64,000 nucleotides of DNA from Candidatus Undivivens industriae (lineage in GTDB: Bacteria > Omnitrophota > Gorgyraeia > Gygaellales > Profunditerraquicolaceae). The notes beneath the pieces were generated by a model that was given only the letters and a program-made list of their open reading frames with translations, searched no databases and was not told the origin of the DNA. The position numbers and the translations under genes were made by a program. Shown piece by piece: positions 28,070 to 38,475 of this stretch (its first letter is position 1; every line of letters begins with the position of its first letter). The DNA is taken from the NCBI GenBank assembly GCA_012514745.1, contig JAAYZR010000001.1, positions 7,877 through 71,876 of the forward strand, given 5' to 3'.

Positions 28070-30433
28070 ATGAAAATCACCTTTGATTTCAGGGATCTGC
28101 TGAAACACCGGCTGACGGATTTTTTAATACTCTGCGGGATCATCGTATATGTATGGTATGCGTTATTCCCGTTATTACAGACCGGTTATTTCGCCGACGA
28201 TGCCCTGAATGTCACCGCGCAGGCAGACGCTGAGCTTAAGGGAATGAGCGTTTTGCAGCTCACATGGACGATCTGGTATACAGGCTGGTTCAAGACAATG
28301 GGGAGGCTGTTCCCGCTGGCGTTCTATGTGTATTCGGCCTTCGCGATCTTAAAACCGCTGATCGTGTATAAGAGTGCGACGCTCATGGTGATTCTTCTGG
28401 ACATTGTCGCATTTGGGTATTTTGTCAAGTTAGTAACGGACTCCAAATACCTTGCTTATGCGTTGATGCTTTCTATTTGTATATTTTTTCAGTTTCGCAT
28501 TTGGTATGAACCTCTCCTGTCTTTCCATTTTATGATGCCGCTGGTTCTGCTTGAGATACTTGTTTCCTTGATTCTGTATCATAAATTCATCCGGAACGAT
28601 AGAAAATCATATTTGGCAATAGCAGTTTTTTCTTATTTGCTGGCGTTGCTTACCTACGAAATCTCCTATTTTCTATGCGTATTGCATATAGTAGTTTCAT
28701 TGTTCTGTCTATCTGAACAAAAAACCGGGTTTAGACTTCGGCACTTATGGAACGCCGTTAAACAGGCCAAGTTCTTTATTCTCTCAACTGTAGCTCTTGT
28801 TATGTTGTCGGCATATTTCCGATCTGTATCCACTTTCGATAAAGGCGGCGCATATACTATCACGTTCAGCCCGTTGTTATTTTTGAAAACATTTTATATA
28901 CAAATCATTGGTTCATTTCCGTTATCATATTTTTTCTTCAATAGGAATATTTTTAATTTTACAGAGTTGGTACGATGGCTCCAGCCGGGGGATTTGATAA
29001 TCGCCGGCGGGTTCGGGTATTTTCTTTGCCGTTTGACCTGCAGGATAGAAGAAAAGATTAACATTCGGTGTTTGTTATATCTGGGGCTTTCGCTTATGGT
29101 ATTGCCGGCAGTGTTGATATCGCTCTCCCCCAAACATCAGGTGACTCCTCTGGGGGCGGCTTATCTGCAGGTATATCTGCAGTATTTCGGGGCCGAGCTG
29201 TTGGTTGCCGCGTTCCTACTTTTGATAAAACGTTCACTGGGGCGTTTCAAAAAAAAGTATTTACTTCAGCTAGCATGGCTGCTTATGGTATTTGTAATTT
29301 CCTGTGTAGGATTAATCAATTTGCTCTGCAACCGTTATGTAGTTGACCGAATGGACACGATGGGGCACTACCAGATGGTAGTGGTCGAGAAGGCGTTGAA
29401 GAACGGTTTACTAGACGATATTCCGGATTCGAGTATGATACTGACGGAATCCTCCTGGGCATGGGATCGCCAGGAGTATTATTATTGGCTGTTGGGTAGG
29501 AAATTAACCGTCAAGGGACTGGAAGCTTATTTGTCCGAGCAGTTTAAGGAAATGTCTTCTAAACCGGTAACTTCTTTTCAAGACCAGATTTTGACCCTTG
29601 ATCTGCGTGGACAAAACGTATATGTGGTGAAATATTTTGATTATTCTTACCGAGACAACGGATATCTACTGTTCGGCCGATTGGCTTCGGTGTCTTTCGA
29701 CCGCGCATCTGGCAAGACCGTGCAGGTTAACGCGGACGCTCTCAAGTTGTTCAGCTGCGGGCGGGGAGTCTTTAAGGCCGTCCAGGGCGAAGTAGTGGTC
29801 TCTTCCACTTCTGGAGTTCCACAGATTAGTACGGACTATTATGTAATTGAGAAGCTGCCGAGGATAAAGTTAGGTAAGGATTTTGTCATTTATGATGTGC
29901 CGATATCCGGGGAGACCATTGATTTTCGCTCGTTGACTCTTTCAACCCGCAATGAAAAACTGGAAAAAATGCCTTTTAGGATTTCGGGGCAGAGTGGACG
30001 CTGGGTCAGACACGGAATGGAACTGCGGAAGAGCGCCGTACTCTACCGGCCTGGTAAGTGGATCACCCATAACGATGAGCAGTATTTGACGTCCGGCTGG
30101 TCCACGAACGAGGGAACCCACCGCTGGAGCGAAGGACGCGGAGCCAGGATAGATTTTAAATTGAAATCGCGCAGGGCAGACACGAGTATGAAACTGATTA
30201 TCGTTCCCAAGATGGTCTTGGGAATACAGCGTGTAAAGATATTTATAAATGAAACGTTGGTTGCGGAACAAGTCTTTGAAAAAAACGAGAAGTTTATAGT
30301 AGAGTTTAACTCGAATATACTGACACCATATTCGTCCAATTCCATCAGATTCGTGTTTCCCGGGGCGAAAACTTACAAAAGTGATTCCAGGTTAATGGCT
30401 GTTGCTCTGGGCAAGGTGGGGTTATTTTATTGA
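28070..30433 (+). CDS. Polytopic membrane protein (GT-C-like), a paralog of the upstream gene, with one copy of the same C-terminal domain
   Basis: The N-terminus is multi-TM. The C-terminus LYRPGKWITHNDEQYLTSGWSTNEGTHRWSEGRG...DSRLMAVALGKVGLFY matches the repeats in 25418-28054. Confidence 0.65.
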   Translation: MKITFDFRDLLKHRLTDFLILCGIIVYVWYALFPLLQTGYFADDALNVTAQADAELKGMSVLQLTWTIWYTGWFKTMGRLFPLAFYVYSAFAILKPLIVYKSATLMVILLDIVAFGYFVKLVTDSKYLAYALMLSICIFFQFRIWYEPLLSFHFMMPLVLLEILVSLILYHKFIRNDRKSYLAIAVFSYLLALLTYEISYFLCVLHIVVSLFCLSEQKTGFRLRHLWNAVKQAKFFILSTVALVMLSAYFRSVSTFDKGGAYTITFSPLLFLKTFYIQIIGSFPLSYFFFNRNIFNFTELVRWLQPGDLIIAGGFGYFLCRLTCRIEEKINIRCLLYLGLSLMVLPAVLISLSPKHQVTPLGAAYLQVYLQYFGAELLVAAFLLLIKRSLGRFKKKYLLQLAWLLMVFVISCVGLINLLCNRYVVDRMDTMGHYQMVVVEKALKNGLLDDIPDSSMILTESSWAWDRQEYYYWLLGRKLTVKGLEAYLSEQFKEMSSKPVTSFQDQILTLDLRGQNVYVVKYFDYSYRDNGYLLFGRLASVSFDRASGKTVQVNADALKLFSCGRGVFKAVQGEVVVSSTSGVPQISTDYYVIEKLPRIKLGKDFVIYDVPISGETIDFRSLTLSTRNEKLEKMPFRISGQSGRWVRHGMELRKSAVLYRPGKWITHNDEQYLTSGWSTNEGTHRWSEGRGARIDFKLKSRRADTSMKLIIVPKMVLGIQRVKIFINETLVAEQVFEKNEKFIVEFNSNILTPYSSNSIRFVFPGAKTYKSDSRLMAVALGKVGLFY

Positions 30434-30593
30434 TCTACTTTGCCGAAAAATCAGCTGGCGGTAAATAAAAGCAGCGATGCCGGTGTCGTCATGGCGCAGC
30501 GAAGTAAAAAAGGCTTTTATTTTGTTTCTCGCAATGTTATAATTTTTATCATTTCGTAAAAAGTCTGGCCGGGTTTTAGCTATAGGAGAGGCG

Positions 30594-31367
30594 ATGAAGG
30601 TAGTTATTTTAGCGGGGGGAAGGGGGACCAGGATCAGCGAAGTAACCGAGGTCCTGCCCAAGCCGATGGTGGAGATCGGCGGCAAGCCTATCCTATGGCA
30701 TATCATGAAGATATATTCTTCATATGGTTTCAACGACTTCATAATCTGCCTGGGCTACAAGGGATATTTTATCAAGGAGTATTTTTCGCATTATTTCATG
30801 CATATGAGCGATATCACTATCGACTTATGCAAAAACAAGACAGAAATACACAGCAGTTCTTCGGAGCCGTGGAAGATAACCCTTGTGGACACCGGGCTGG
30901 ACACCATGACCGGAGGCAGGCTTAAACGCGTGCAGAAGTATGTAGGCGACGAACCGTTCATGCTCACTTACGGCGACGGCCTTTGCGATGTGAACATCAA
31001 AGAGTTGGCGGCGTCCCACAAAAAGAGCGCCGCCGCCGCGACCCTTACGGCGATCCAGAATACCGGTAAGTTCGGGGTTTTGGACCTCGGATCGGACTCA
31101 AAAGTTGCTTCTTTCCTCGAGAAGCCCAAAGACGAAGGCGGATGGATAAACGGCGGGTTTTTCGTCCTGAACCCGGAGGTTTTTGATTTCATAAAACAGG
31201 GCGACGGGACGGTCTGGGAAAGGGAGCCGCTGGAGACGCTGTCCAGGCTCGGCAAATTGAGCGCCTATAAGCACAACGGTTTCTGGAGCTGTATGGATAC
31301 TTTGCGGGATAAGATCGAGCTGGAGCGTATTTGGCAATCGGGTGAAGCGCCCTGGAAGGTGTGGTAA
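30594..31367 (+). CDS. rfbF: Glucose-1-phosphate cytidylyltransferase (CDP-glucose synthase)
   Basis: The N-terminus MKVVILAGGRGTRISEVTEVLPKPMVEIGGKPILWHIMKIYSSYGFNDFIICLGYKGYFIKEYF is nearly collinear with Salmonella RfbF/DdhA. Confidence 0.9.
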   Translation: MKVVILAGGRGTRISEVTEVLPKPMVEIGGKPILWHIMKIYSSYGFNDFIICLGYKGYFIKEYFSHYFMHMSDITIDLCKNKTEIHSSSSEPWKITLVDTGLDTMTGGRLKRVQKYVGDEPFMLTYGDGLCDVNIKELAASHKKSAAAATLTAIQNTGKFGVLDLGSDSKVASFLEKPKDEGGWINGGFFVLNPEVFDFIKQGDGTVWEREPLETLSRLGKLSAYKHNGFWSCMDTLRDKIELERIWQSGEAPWKVW

Positions 31368-31372
31368 ACCGC

Positions 31373-32359
31373 ATGAAGATCAACAATGGGTTCTGGAAAG
31401 ACAAGCGCGTTTTGATAACCGGATTCGAGGGGTTTCTGGGATCAAATCTTACAAAAACGCTTTTGGGGACGAAGGCAAAGATAATCGGGCTAGACATCAG
31501 GACGGTCCGGAAGGATACGATATTCAGCCGTGCGGATTACGGAAGAATAAAAAGCTATAAAGGCAGTGTTACGAATTTCAAGCTGCTGCGGGAGATACTG
31601 CGCAAACATTCCATAAACGTTATCTTTCATCTGGCGGCGGAAGCGATCGTCAGCCGCAGCCACAAAGACCCGCTAAGGGCTTTCGACTCCAATATCGCCG
31701 GCACCTGGAGGCTGCTGGAAGCCGCGCGCGGCCGGGAAGATATGAACGCGATAGTGGTGGCTTCGAGCGACAAGGCTTACGGCAGTCATAAAAAACTTCC
31801 TTACCGCGAGAACGCCCCGCTTATCGCCGATCATCCCTATGATGTATCCAAGAGCTGCGCTGATCTGATAGCATATACCTATTACCATACTTACGGGCTG
31901 CCCGTCGTTGTCACCCGCTGCGGTAATATCTACGGGCCAGGCGATTTCAATTTCACCCGCCTGATGCCGGACGCCATGCGCTGCATTTCCCGCAACAGGA
32001 CCCTGAAGATACGCAGCGACGGAAAGTTTGTCCGCGACTACGTTTACGTGGACGATATCGTCAGCGGCTATATCAGGATAGCTGAACTCCTGAAGGCGCG
32101 CGATCTGATGGGGCAAGCGTATAATTTAAGCGACGAAAACCCGCTGACGGTTATGCAGGTACTGAAGGAAATAAACGCCCTTTGCGGTAACTCTTTGAAA
32201 TACCGGATAATGAACTCCGCCAGGTATGAGATAAAGAAACAGTATCTTTCGTCCCGGAAAGCCAGGGAAGAGTTGCAGTGGAAACCCGGCTATACGATAA
32301 AGGAAGGTTTGAGAAAGACCATCGACTGGTATCTTTCGTATTTCAAGAATAAAGCATGA
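31373..32359 (+). CDS. NAD-dependent epimerase/dehydratase (CDP-glucose 4,6-dehydratase-like, RfbG/DdhB)
   Basis: Carries FWKDKRVLITGFEGFLGSNL (cf. RfbG FWQGKRVFVTGHTGFKGSWL) and the catalytic YDVSK. It directly follows rfbF. The ATG at 31373 is after the rfbF stop. Confidence 0.7.
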   Translation: MKINNGFWKDKRVLITGFEGFLGSNLTKTLLGTKAKIIGLDIRTVRKDTIFSRADYGRIKSYKGSVTNFKLLREILRKHSINVIFHLAAEAIVSRSHKDPLRAFDSNIAGTWRLLEAARGREDMNAIVVASSDKAYGSHKKLPYRENAPLIADHPYDVSKSCADLIAYTYYHTYGLPVVVTRCGNIYGPGDFNFTRLMPDAMRCISRNRTLKIRSDGKFVRDYVYVDDIVSGYIRIAELLKARDLMGQAYNLSDENPLTVMQVLKEINALCGNSLKYRIMNSARYEIKKQYLSSRKAREELQWKPGYTIKEGLRKTIDWYLSYFKNKA

Positions 32360-33102
32360 AAATATGTTTTCTGGGCACGAACGGCTGGTATGATACCGCC
32401 GCCGGTAATACGGTATGTGTCCTGGTGGAAAGCAGGTCGGAATACCTGATATTTGATGCCGGCAACGGCCTGCATAAGCTGGACAAATATATAAAAGGCG
32501 GGAAAAGCATCCGGTTGTTTCTGAGCCATTATCATCTCGACCATATTATAGGTCTGCACGCGCTTAAGAAATTCCATTTCTCCCGCCCGTTGGAGATATA
32601 CGGCCCCCCGGGACTGAAGGCGGCGCTAAACCGTTTCCTGGATGCTCCGTATACGGTCCCGGCAGGGAAATTACCGTTTAAAATACGCCTTCATGAGCTC
32701 GGGAGCCGCGGTGAGAAGTGCCCGGATAACGTGATATACAGACCGTTAAGGCATTCAGGCCATTGTTATGGATACAGGGCGGTACTGGAAAAGAGATCGA
32801 TAGCCTACTGCACGGATACGGGTATCTGCGATAATCTTTATTCCCTGGCGGAAAATGCCGATGTTTTTATTTCGGAATGCTCTTATCGGAGCGGAACGCG
32901 GGCGGACGCGAATTGGCCGCATCTTGACCCCAGGCAGGCGGCGTTGATCGCCCGCAAGGCAAACGCAAAAAGATTGTATTTGACGCATTTCGATGCCAGC
33001 ATATATCTGACGCAGAAGGACAGGCGCGGCGCGCAAAAAGAGGCACGGGAGTTTTTCCGGAACACGTGGTCGGCAAAGGACGATATGGTGCTGTCGCTAT
33101 GA
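32356..33102 (+). CDS. MBL-fold metallo-hydrolase
   Basis: Carries the HxHxDH motif (SHYHLDHIIGLH). Confidence 0.65.
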   Translation: MKICFLGTNGWYDTAAGNTVCVLVESRSEYLIFDAGNGLHKLDKYIKGGKSIRLFLSHYHLDHIIGLHALKKFHFSRPLEIYGPPGLKAALNRFLDAPYTVPAGKLPFKIRLHELGSRGEKCPDNVIYRPLRHSGHCYGYRAVLEKRSIAYCTDTGICDNLYSLAENADVFISECSYRSGTRADANWPHLDPRQAALIARKANAKRLYLTHFDASIYLTQKDRRGAQKEAREFFRNTWSAKDDMVLSL

Positions 33103-33980
33103 ACAAAATGAAAGTGGGGATCATCGGCACCGGCAACATCGGCACCGATCTGCTGATAAAGGTCAGCCGGTCGGAATATCTTGAATGCGGTATATTCGCC
33201 GGCCGTAACGCCGACTCCGAGGGGATCCGGAGGGCAAGGTCACTGGGAATTAATACCTCAACCGATTCCATCCGCGCCATAGAAGAAGATCCCGGGTGCT
33301 GTGAAATTGTTTTCGACGCCACTTCAGCTGGCGTACACAGGCAGAATGCCGTCATCCTGAAAAAACTGGGGAAGTACGCCATAGATCTTACTCCGTCCAA
33401 GATCGGGAAGATGTGCGTTCCGGCGTTGAATATGGCGGAATGTCTGGACGCGGACAATATCAATCTCATTACCTGCGGCGGACAGGCGGCCATACCGATC
33501 ATCCACGCCATGATGAAAGTGCATCCGGATATCGAATACATGGAATTGGTCTCCAGCATTTCATCGAAGTCAGCCGGCCCGGGGACCAGGCTGAACATCG
33601 ACGAGTTCACCCAGACTACAAGGGACGCGATAGAATCCTTCACCGGCGTAAGGAAGGCCAAGGCTATAATCGTGCTTAATCCCGCGGAACCGCCTGTCCT
33701 GATGCATAATACCATTTACGCGAAAATGGCCAAGCCTGATTTGCCGCGTTTGAGGCGGGAGATCTCGGCGATGGAGAATAATATACGCAAATATGTCCCT
33801 GGATACAGGGTCACTTTAGGCCCAGTAGCCGAGGATGGCCGCGTTACCACGATGGTGGAAGTGGTCGGGCTGGGGGATTACCTGCCGAAATACTCTGGGA
33901 ATCTCGATATAATCACTTGTGCTGCGGTGAATATGGCCGAAGAATTTGCTAAAGAAAATATTATAAATAGAAAGCGATAA
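33099..33980 (+). CDS. Acetaldehyde dehydrogenase (acetylating), DmpF/MhpF family
   Basis: The N-terminus KVGIIGTGNIGTDLLIKV matches DmpF. The ATGA start overlaps the upstream stop. Confidence 0.8.
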   Translation: MNKMKVGIIGTGNIGTDLLIKVSRSEYLECGIFAGRNADSEGIRRARSLGINTSTDSIRAIEEDPGCCEIVFDATSAGVHRQNAVILKKLGKYAIDLTPSKIGKMCVPALNMAECLDADNINLITCGGQAAIPIIHAMMKVHPDIEYMELVSSISSKSAGPGTRLNIDEFTQTTRDAIESFTGVRKAKAIIVLNPAEPPVLMHNTIYAKMAKPDLPRLRREISAMENNIRKYVPGYRVTLGPVAEDGRVTTMVEVVGLGDYLPKYSGNLDIITCAAVNMAEEFAKENIINRKR

Positions 33981-33985
33981 TTAAT

Positions 33986-35014
33986 ATGCGGCCGATTATT
34001 ATTTTTGATTCTACCTTACGAGATGGTTCTCATGCAGTCAAACACAAGTTGTCTGCAGAAAACATCTCAGATTATTGCAGAGCAGTTGATTCATCCGGTT
34101 TGTATGTGGTTATAGTCGGCCATGGGAATGGTTTAGGTGCTTCTTCTCTTCAGGTCGGACTTTCTTCTTTATCTGATTACGATATGTTATCTACCGCCAG
34201 AAAAGAATTAAGAAAAACACGGCTTGGGGCTTTTCTTATTCCCGGATTCGGTACAATAAAAGATAATCTAGCGCCGGCAATTGATTCCGGAGTAGATCTT
34301 ATTTGTGTAGCTTCTCATTGTACGGAAGCAAATATAACCGCACAACATATTGAGTATGTAAGGAAGCGAGGCAAAGAAGCTTTCGGGGTCTTGATGATGT
34401 ATCATATGGCTTCTAAGGAAAGACTACTAATGGAAGCCAGAAAAATGGAGAGTTATGGCGCTCTAGGGATTATTTTAATGGATTCAGCCGGAGCGTCAGA
34501 CCCCGATATGGTTAGCGAGACGGTGGGTTTTTTGTCTGGAGCTCTTGACATTCCGATAGGTTTTCATGGTCATAATAATCTTGGTTTGGCAATAGGGAAT
34601 ACTGTTACTGCAATAAAATTCGGTGCAAGAATTGTCGATGGAACCGTCCGCGGTTTTGGTGCCGGGGCGGGGAATTGTCAATTAGAGGTTTTAGTGGCTT
34701 TATTGGCGAAGTTAAAGTTAGAAACCGGTGTTGATTTATATAAATTAATGGACGCGAGCGAGTGCGTAGTAAAGAAGATGATGTCCAAACCACAAGAAAT
34801 AGATTCGATATCGTTAATCAGTGGTGTAGCCGGTGTCTTTTCAGGGTTTGCAGCCCATGTAAAAAAAGCATCGGAGCATTTTGGTGTTGATCCAAGGGAT
34901 GTTTTTCTTGCTCTCGGGAAGAAAAAGATGGTGGCTGGGCAGGAAGATTATATTGTTGATGTAGCTTTAGATTTAGCTAATAAGAAAGTTAAAGATCAGG
35001 ACCTATCGTTTTAA
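33986..35014 (+). CDS. 4-hydroxy-2-oxovalerate aldolase family protein (DmpG/MhpE-like)
   Basis: Carries IFDSTLRDGSHAVKH (cf. DVTLRDGMHA) and a TIM-barrel DRE-TIM aldolase signature. It is adjacent to the dmpF-like gene. This is the first gene in the low-GC island. Confidence 0.8.
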   Translation: MRPIIIFDSTLRDGSHAVKHKLSAENISDYCRAVDSSGLYVVIVGHGNGLGASSLQVGLSSLSDYDMLSTARKELRKTRLGAFLIPGFGTIKDNLAPAIDSGVDLICVASHCTEANITAQHIEYVRKRGKEAFGVLMMYHMASKERLLMEARKMESYGALGIILMDSAGASDPDMVSETVGFLSGALDIPIGFHGHNNLGLAIGNTVTAIKFGARIVDGTVRGFGAGAGNCQLEVLVALLAKLKLETGVDLYKLMDASECVVKKMMSKPQEIDSISLISGVAGVFSGFAAHVKKASEHFGVDPRDVFLALGKKKMVAGQEDYIVDVALDLANKKVKDQDLSF

Positions 35015-35033
35015 TTAAAAAGGAGTATAGTTT

Positions 35034-35783
35034 ATGTTAAAAGATGAACTCAGAAAAGGTTCTTTTGTTTTAGGTACTTGGTGTGATTTGCCCAGTCCAG
35101 CAGTCGTTAATGTTTTAACTAAGGCAGGGTTAGATTTCGTCATTATAGATATGGAACACGGCCCTATGGATTATAAAATAGCTCAAGAAATGGTGATGGC
35201 GGCAGAATGTGAAGGTAAAGAAGCTTTAGTCCGTGTATCTCATTTATGTGAATCGGAGGTTCTGCGTGTTTTGGATATAGGTGCGTCCGGCATAATTATT
35301 CCACATATCGAATCTGTGGGAGATAGAAAAAAAGCAGTTTCTTATACTAAATTTCCGCCTTTGGGGCAAAGGGGTTTTAATCCATATGTGCGTAGCGGTT
35401 CATATCATAAGGCTAAAGCAGATTATTTTAGTGAACAAAACAAGAAAGTGATTTTAGGATTGATTCTAGAAGGCAAAAAAGCTTTAAAAGACTTGACTAA
35501 AATTATAGACGATTCATATGTAGATTTGATTTATCTTGGTACTTATGATTTATCTCTATCTTTAGGATTGTCTGGTGATGTTGGACATCCGAAGCTGTTG
35601 CGTGAATTGGAGAAAGCGGTTAAGAAGATAATTAAAGCTAAGAAAAGCGTTGGTTGCATGATCCACAATCCGGCGGATTTAAGAAAGTTTAAGGATTTAG
35701 GCATTCGGTTTATTACGTATAAAGTGGATACTGCTATTGTCTATGATTCTGTGGCAGAAATTAAAAGGGAGTTCGACAGATGA
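35034..35783 (+). CDS. HpcH/HpaI aldolase / citrate lyase family protein
   Basis: The N-terminus GTWCDLPSPAVVNVLTKAGLDFVIIDMEHGP is typical of 2-keto-3-deoxy-acid aldolases of the HpcH family. Confidence 0.7.
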   Translation: MLKDELRKGSFVLGTWCDLPSPAVVNVLTKAGLDFVIIDMEHGPMDYKIAQEMVMAAECEGKEALVRVSHLCESEVLRVLDIGASGIIIPHIESVGDRKKAVSYTKFPPLGQRGFNPYVRSGSYHKAKADYFSEQNKKVILGLILEGKKALKDLTKIIDDSYVDLIYLGTYDLSLSLGLSGDVGHPKLLRELEKAVKKIIKAKKSVGCMIHNPADLRKFKDLGIRFITYKVDTAIVYDSVAEIKREFDR

Positions 35784-37585
35784 TGAAATTGTCAGATTAT
35801 ATAGTTAAGTTCCTGGAAGACCATGGTATTAGTGATGTTTTTATGCTTACTGGAGGCGGATGTATGCACTTGGTTGATTCTTTCGGTAAGTCAAACAAAA
35901 TAAAATATTTATGTTGTCATCATGAACAGGCTTGTGCAATGGGGGCCGAAGGTTATGCGAAGTTCAAGAATGATTTAGGCGTAGTCTTGGTAACCAGCGG
36001 TCCTGGAGCAACAAATGCCATAACCGGTTTGGTCGGAGCATTTCAAGACTCGGTACCATGTTTATTTATTTCTGGACAGGCAAAAAGGCGACAGACTGTT
36101 TTTAATGAAAGAGAAATAAAGCTGCGGCAATTCGGCACACAAGAAGTTAATATTATTCCTATGGTGGACTCTGTTTGTAAGTTCTCAGTCATGATTAATG
36201 AACCGGAAAAGATTCGTTATTATCTGGAGAAAGCGATTTATTTAGCTAAGAATGGAAGACCCGGACCGGTTTGGCTGGATATCCCCCTTGATGTTCAAAG
36301 TTCCCAGATTGATGAGTTATCTCTTCAAAAGTTTGAGCTTTCCGAGCACATATATGATTGTTTAAAAAGCCCGGGACAGATGGAAGTCTGTTATATAGCC
36401 AAACAACTAATGAGTGCTGAACGTCCAGTTATTATTGCCGGACACGGTATAAGATTGGCCGGGGCATGTTCCGCATTTATTGAGTTTGTCGAACAATTTG
36501 ATATTCCGGTAGTTACAAGCATTATGGGAATTGATGTAATTCCGTCGAATCATAAGAATTATGTAGGAAGAATTGGAATTAAAGGCACCCGGGCCGGCAA
36601 TTTTGCCGTGCAAAATGCGGATTTGATTATAAGCATAGGCTCAAGACTATCCATCCCTTCGATAGGACATGAATATAAATTATTTGGCCGAGAAGCGAAG
36701 ATTATAGCGGTCGATATTGATTTAGAAGAGCACAAGAAGAAAACAATTCATATAGATAAAATAGTTCAGACCGATGCCGGAATTTTTATAAAAGACATCC
36801 GGAAATATTTAAAGAAAAAGGAAATGGCAATATCGAAAAATTGGCCACAAAAATGCCAGGGATGGAAAAGACGCTATCCGGTTTGTCAACCTGAGTATAA
36901 AAGATCATGTGGAGATCTTAATTTATATTATTGTATTGAAGCGATAAACAAAAAGATTCCTTCGTCAGTTCCGGTAGTCTCAGATGCAGGTTCCGTATTT
37001 TATGCCGTTGCGCAGGGGATCAGTATCAAGAAAGGCCAGCGATATATTACGTCTGGAGCGTTGGCAACCATGGGATTCAGTTTGCCTGCAGCTATAGGGG
37101 TTTGTATCGCTCATAACAGAAGAAAAGTTGTTGCGATAACAGGTGACGGTTCATTTCAAATGAATATGCAAGAGTTGCAAACAATCGTTCATCATAAACT
37201 GCCGGTTAAAGTCTTCGTTGTTAACAATAACGGCTATTTATCTATACGTCAAACTCAGACAAGATTCTTTAACTCGCGTTTTGTCGGTGAAGGAAAAAGT
37301 TCTGGTGTCTCTTTCCCAGATCTTAAAAAATTAGCCGAAGCATACGGTATCAAATATGTAAATTTGGACTCTACTAATCTATGCAAAGGTCTGGATCAGG
37401 TTTTAAAAGGAGATGCTCCGGTTCTTTGTGAGGTAAGATCACTGGTTGATCAACGTATCATTCCTACGAACACGGCGGAGATCAACTCAAATGGGGTTAT
37501 GGTTTCAAAACCATTAGAAGATATGTATCCTTTTCTTGACCGTAAAACATTTCGCTCTGAAATGATCGTAAAACCAGTTGAATAA
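35780..37585 (+). CDS. Thiamine diphosphate-dependent enzyme, acetolactate-synthase-like (YerE-like candidate for sugar C-branch formation)
   Basis: The N-terminal Pyr domain (GPGATNAITGLVGAFQDSVPCLFISGQ) and the ThDP motif GDGSFQMNMQELQTIVHHKLPVKVFVVNNNG (GDG-X26-NN) are present. Confidence 0.75.
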   Translation: MMKLSDYIVKFLEDHGISDVFMLTGGGCMHLVDSFGKSNKIKYLCCHHEQACAMGAEGYAKFKNDLGVVLVTSGPGATNAITGLVGAFQDSVPCLFISGQAKRRQTVFNEREIKLRQFGTQEVNIIPMVDSVCKFSVMINEPEKIRYYLEKAIYLAKNGRPGPVWLDIPLDVQSSQIDELSLQKFELSEHIYDCLKSPGQMEVCYIAKQLMSAERPVIIAGHGIRLAGACSAFIEFVEQFDIPVVTSIMGIDVIPSNHKNYVGRIGIKGTRAGNFAVQNADLIISIGSRLSIPSIGHEYKLFGREAKIIAVDIDLEEHKKKTIHIDKIVQTDAGIFIKDIRKYLKKKEMAISKNWPQKCQGWKRRYPVCQPEYKRSCGDLNLYYCIEAINKKIPSSVPVVSDAGSVFYAVAQGISIKKGQRYITSGALATMGFSLPAAIGVCIAHNRRKVVAITGDGSFQMNMQELQTIVHHKLPVKVFVVNNNGYLSIRQTQTRFFNSRFVGEGKSSGVSFPDLKKLAEAYGIKYVNLDSTNLCKGLDQVLKGDAPVLCEVRSLVDQRIIPTNTAEINSNGVMVSKPLEDMYPFLDRKTFRSEMIVKPVE

Positions 37586-37586
37586 A

Positions 37587-38471
37587 ATGCAGAGACGTAT
37601 TGCCATATTAGGGGCAACTAGCCATATTGCAAAAGGGTTAATTCTGAATTTCCTGCAAAACACGAAAAACTCCTTATTTTTATTTGCCAGAAGGCCACAA
37701 GATGTAATATCGTTTTTACAAGTAAACGGTTGTGAATTATTTCCAAAAATACAAGATTTTGCTAAATTCGAAAATAATAAGTATGACATTATTATTAATT
37801 GTGTCGGTTTGGGAACTCCCAATAAAGTCAAGATGGAGAATAACCAGATATTTAATCTTACGGAGAGATTTGATAATTTAGTCCTTGAATATCTCAAAAA
37901 ATATCGTAAAGCCTGCTATATTAATTTAAGTAGTGGCGCTGTTTATTCTGTAGCTTGTGATGACATAAGACCGGAACATTATTACGGTATCGCAAAATTG
38001 TACCAAGAGGCAAGACATCGTTCGTTGAACAAGTTACATATTGTAGATATACGGATTTTTTCGTACTTTAGCCGGTTTATCGACCTTAATTCCGGTTTTT
38101 TTCTAACGGACATAATAAAGTGCATAAAGACTGGAACGATTTTAGAAACTAATTCATCTGATTTTATCCGGGATTATCTTTCGCCTCAAGATTTTTTTAA
38201 CTTAATATGCCTGATTATAGGAAAAAGGTTTTCTAATTTTGTTGTTGATGCATATAGTGCTGCTCCAATCAGGAAATTTGAATTATTGGGATTTCTTACT
38301 AAAAAATATGCTTTGAAATATAAAATTAGGAACAATTTAAAGTTGGATTCTCCCACGGGTAAAAAAGACACTTATTTTTCGCGTTCGCGAAAAGCTTTAT
38401 CGTTATTAGGCTATAAACCAAAAAATTCATCTCTCGAAACAATTGCGGCCGAGATAATACATATACCCTAA
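37587..38471 (+). CDS. NAD(P)-dependent oxidoreductase (SDR / epimerase-dehydratase-like), candidate sugar ketoreductase
   Basis: The N-terminus AILGATSHIAKGL is a Rossmann motif. The gene is very AT-rich. The ATG at 37587 is after the upstream stop (an alternative TTG start lies at 37578). Confidence 0.55.
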   Translation: MQRRIAILGATSHIAKGLILNFLQNTKNSLFLFARRPQDVISFLQVNGCELFPKIQDFAKFENNKYDIIINCVGLGTPNKVKMENNQIFNLTERFDNLVLEYLKKYRKACYINLSSGAVYSVACDDIRPEHYYGIAKLYQEARHRSLNKLHIVDIRIFSYFSRFIDLNSGFFLTDIIKCIKTGTILETNSSDFIRDYLSPQDFFNLICLIIGKRFSNFVVDAYSAAPIRKFELLGFLTKKYALKYKIRNNLKLDSPTGKKDTYFSRSRKALSLLGYKPKNSSLETIAAEIIHIP

Positions 38472-38475
38472 TGAT

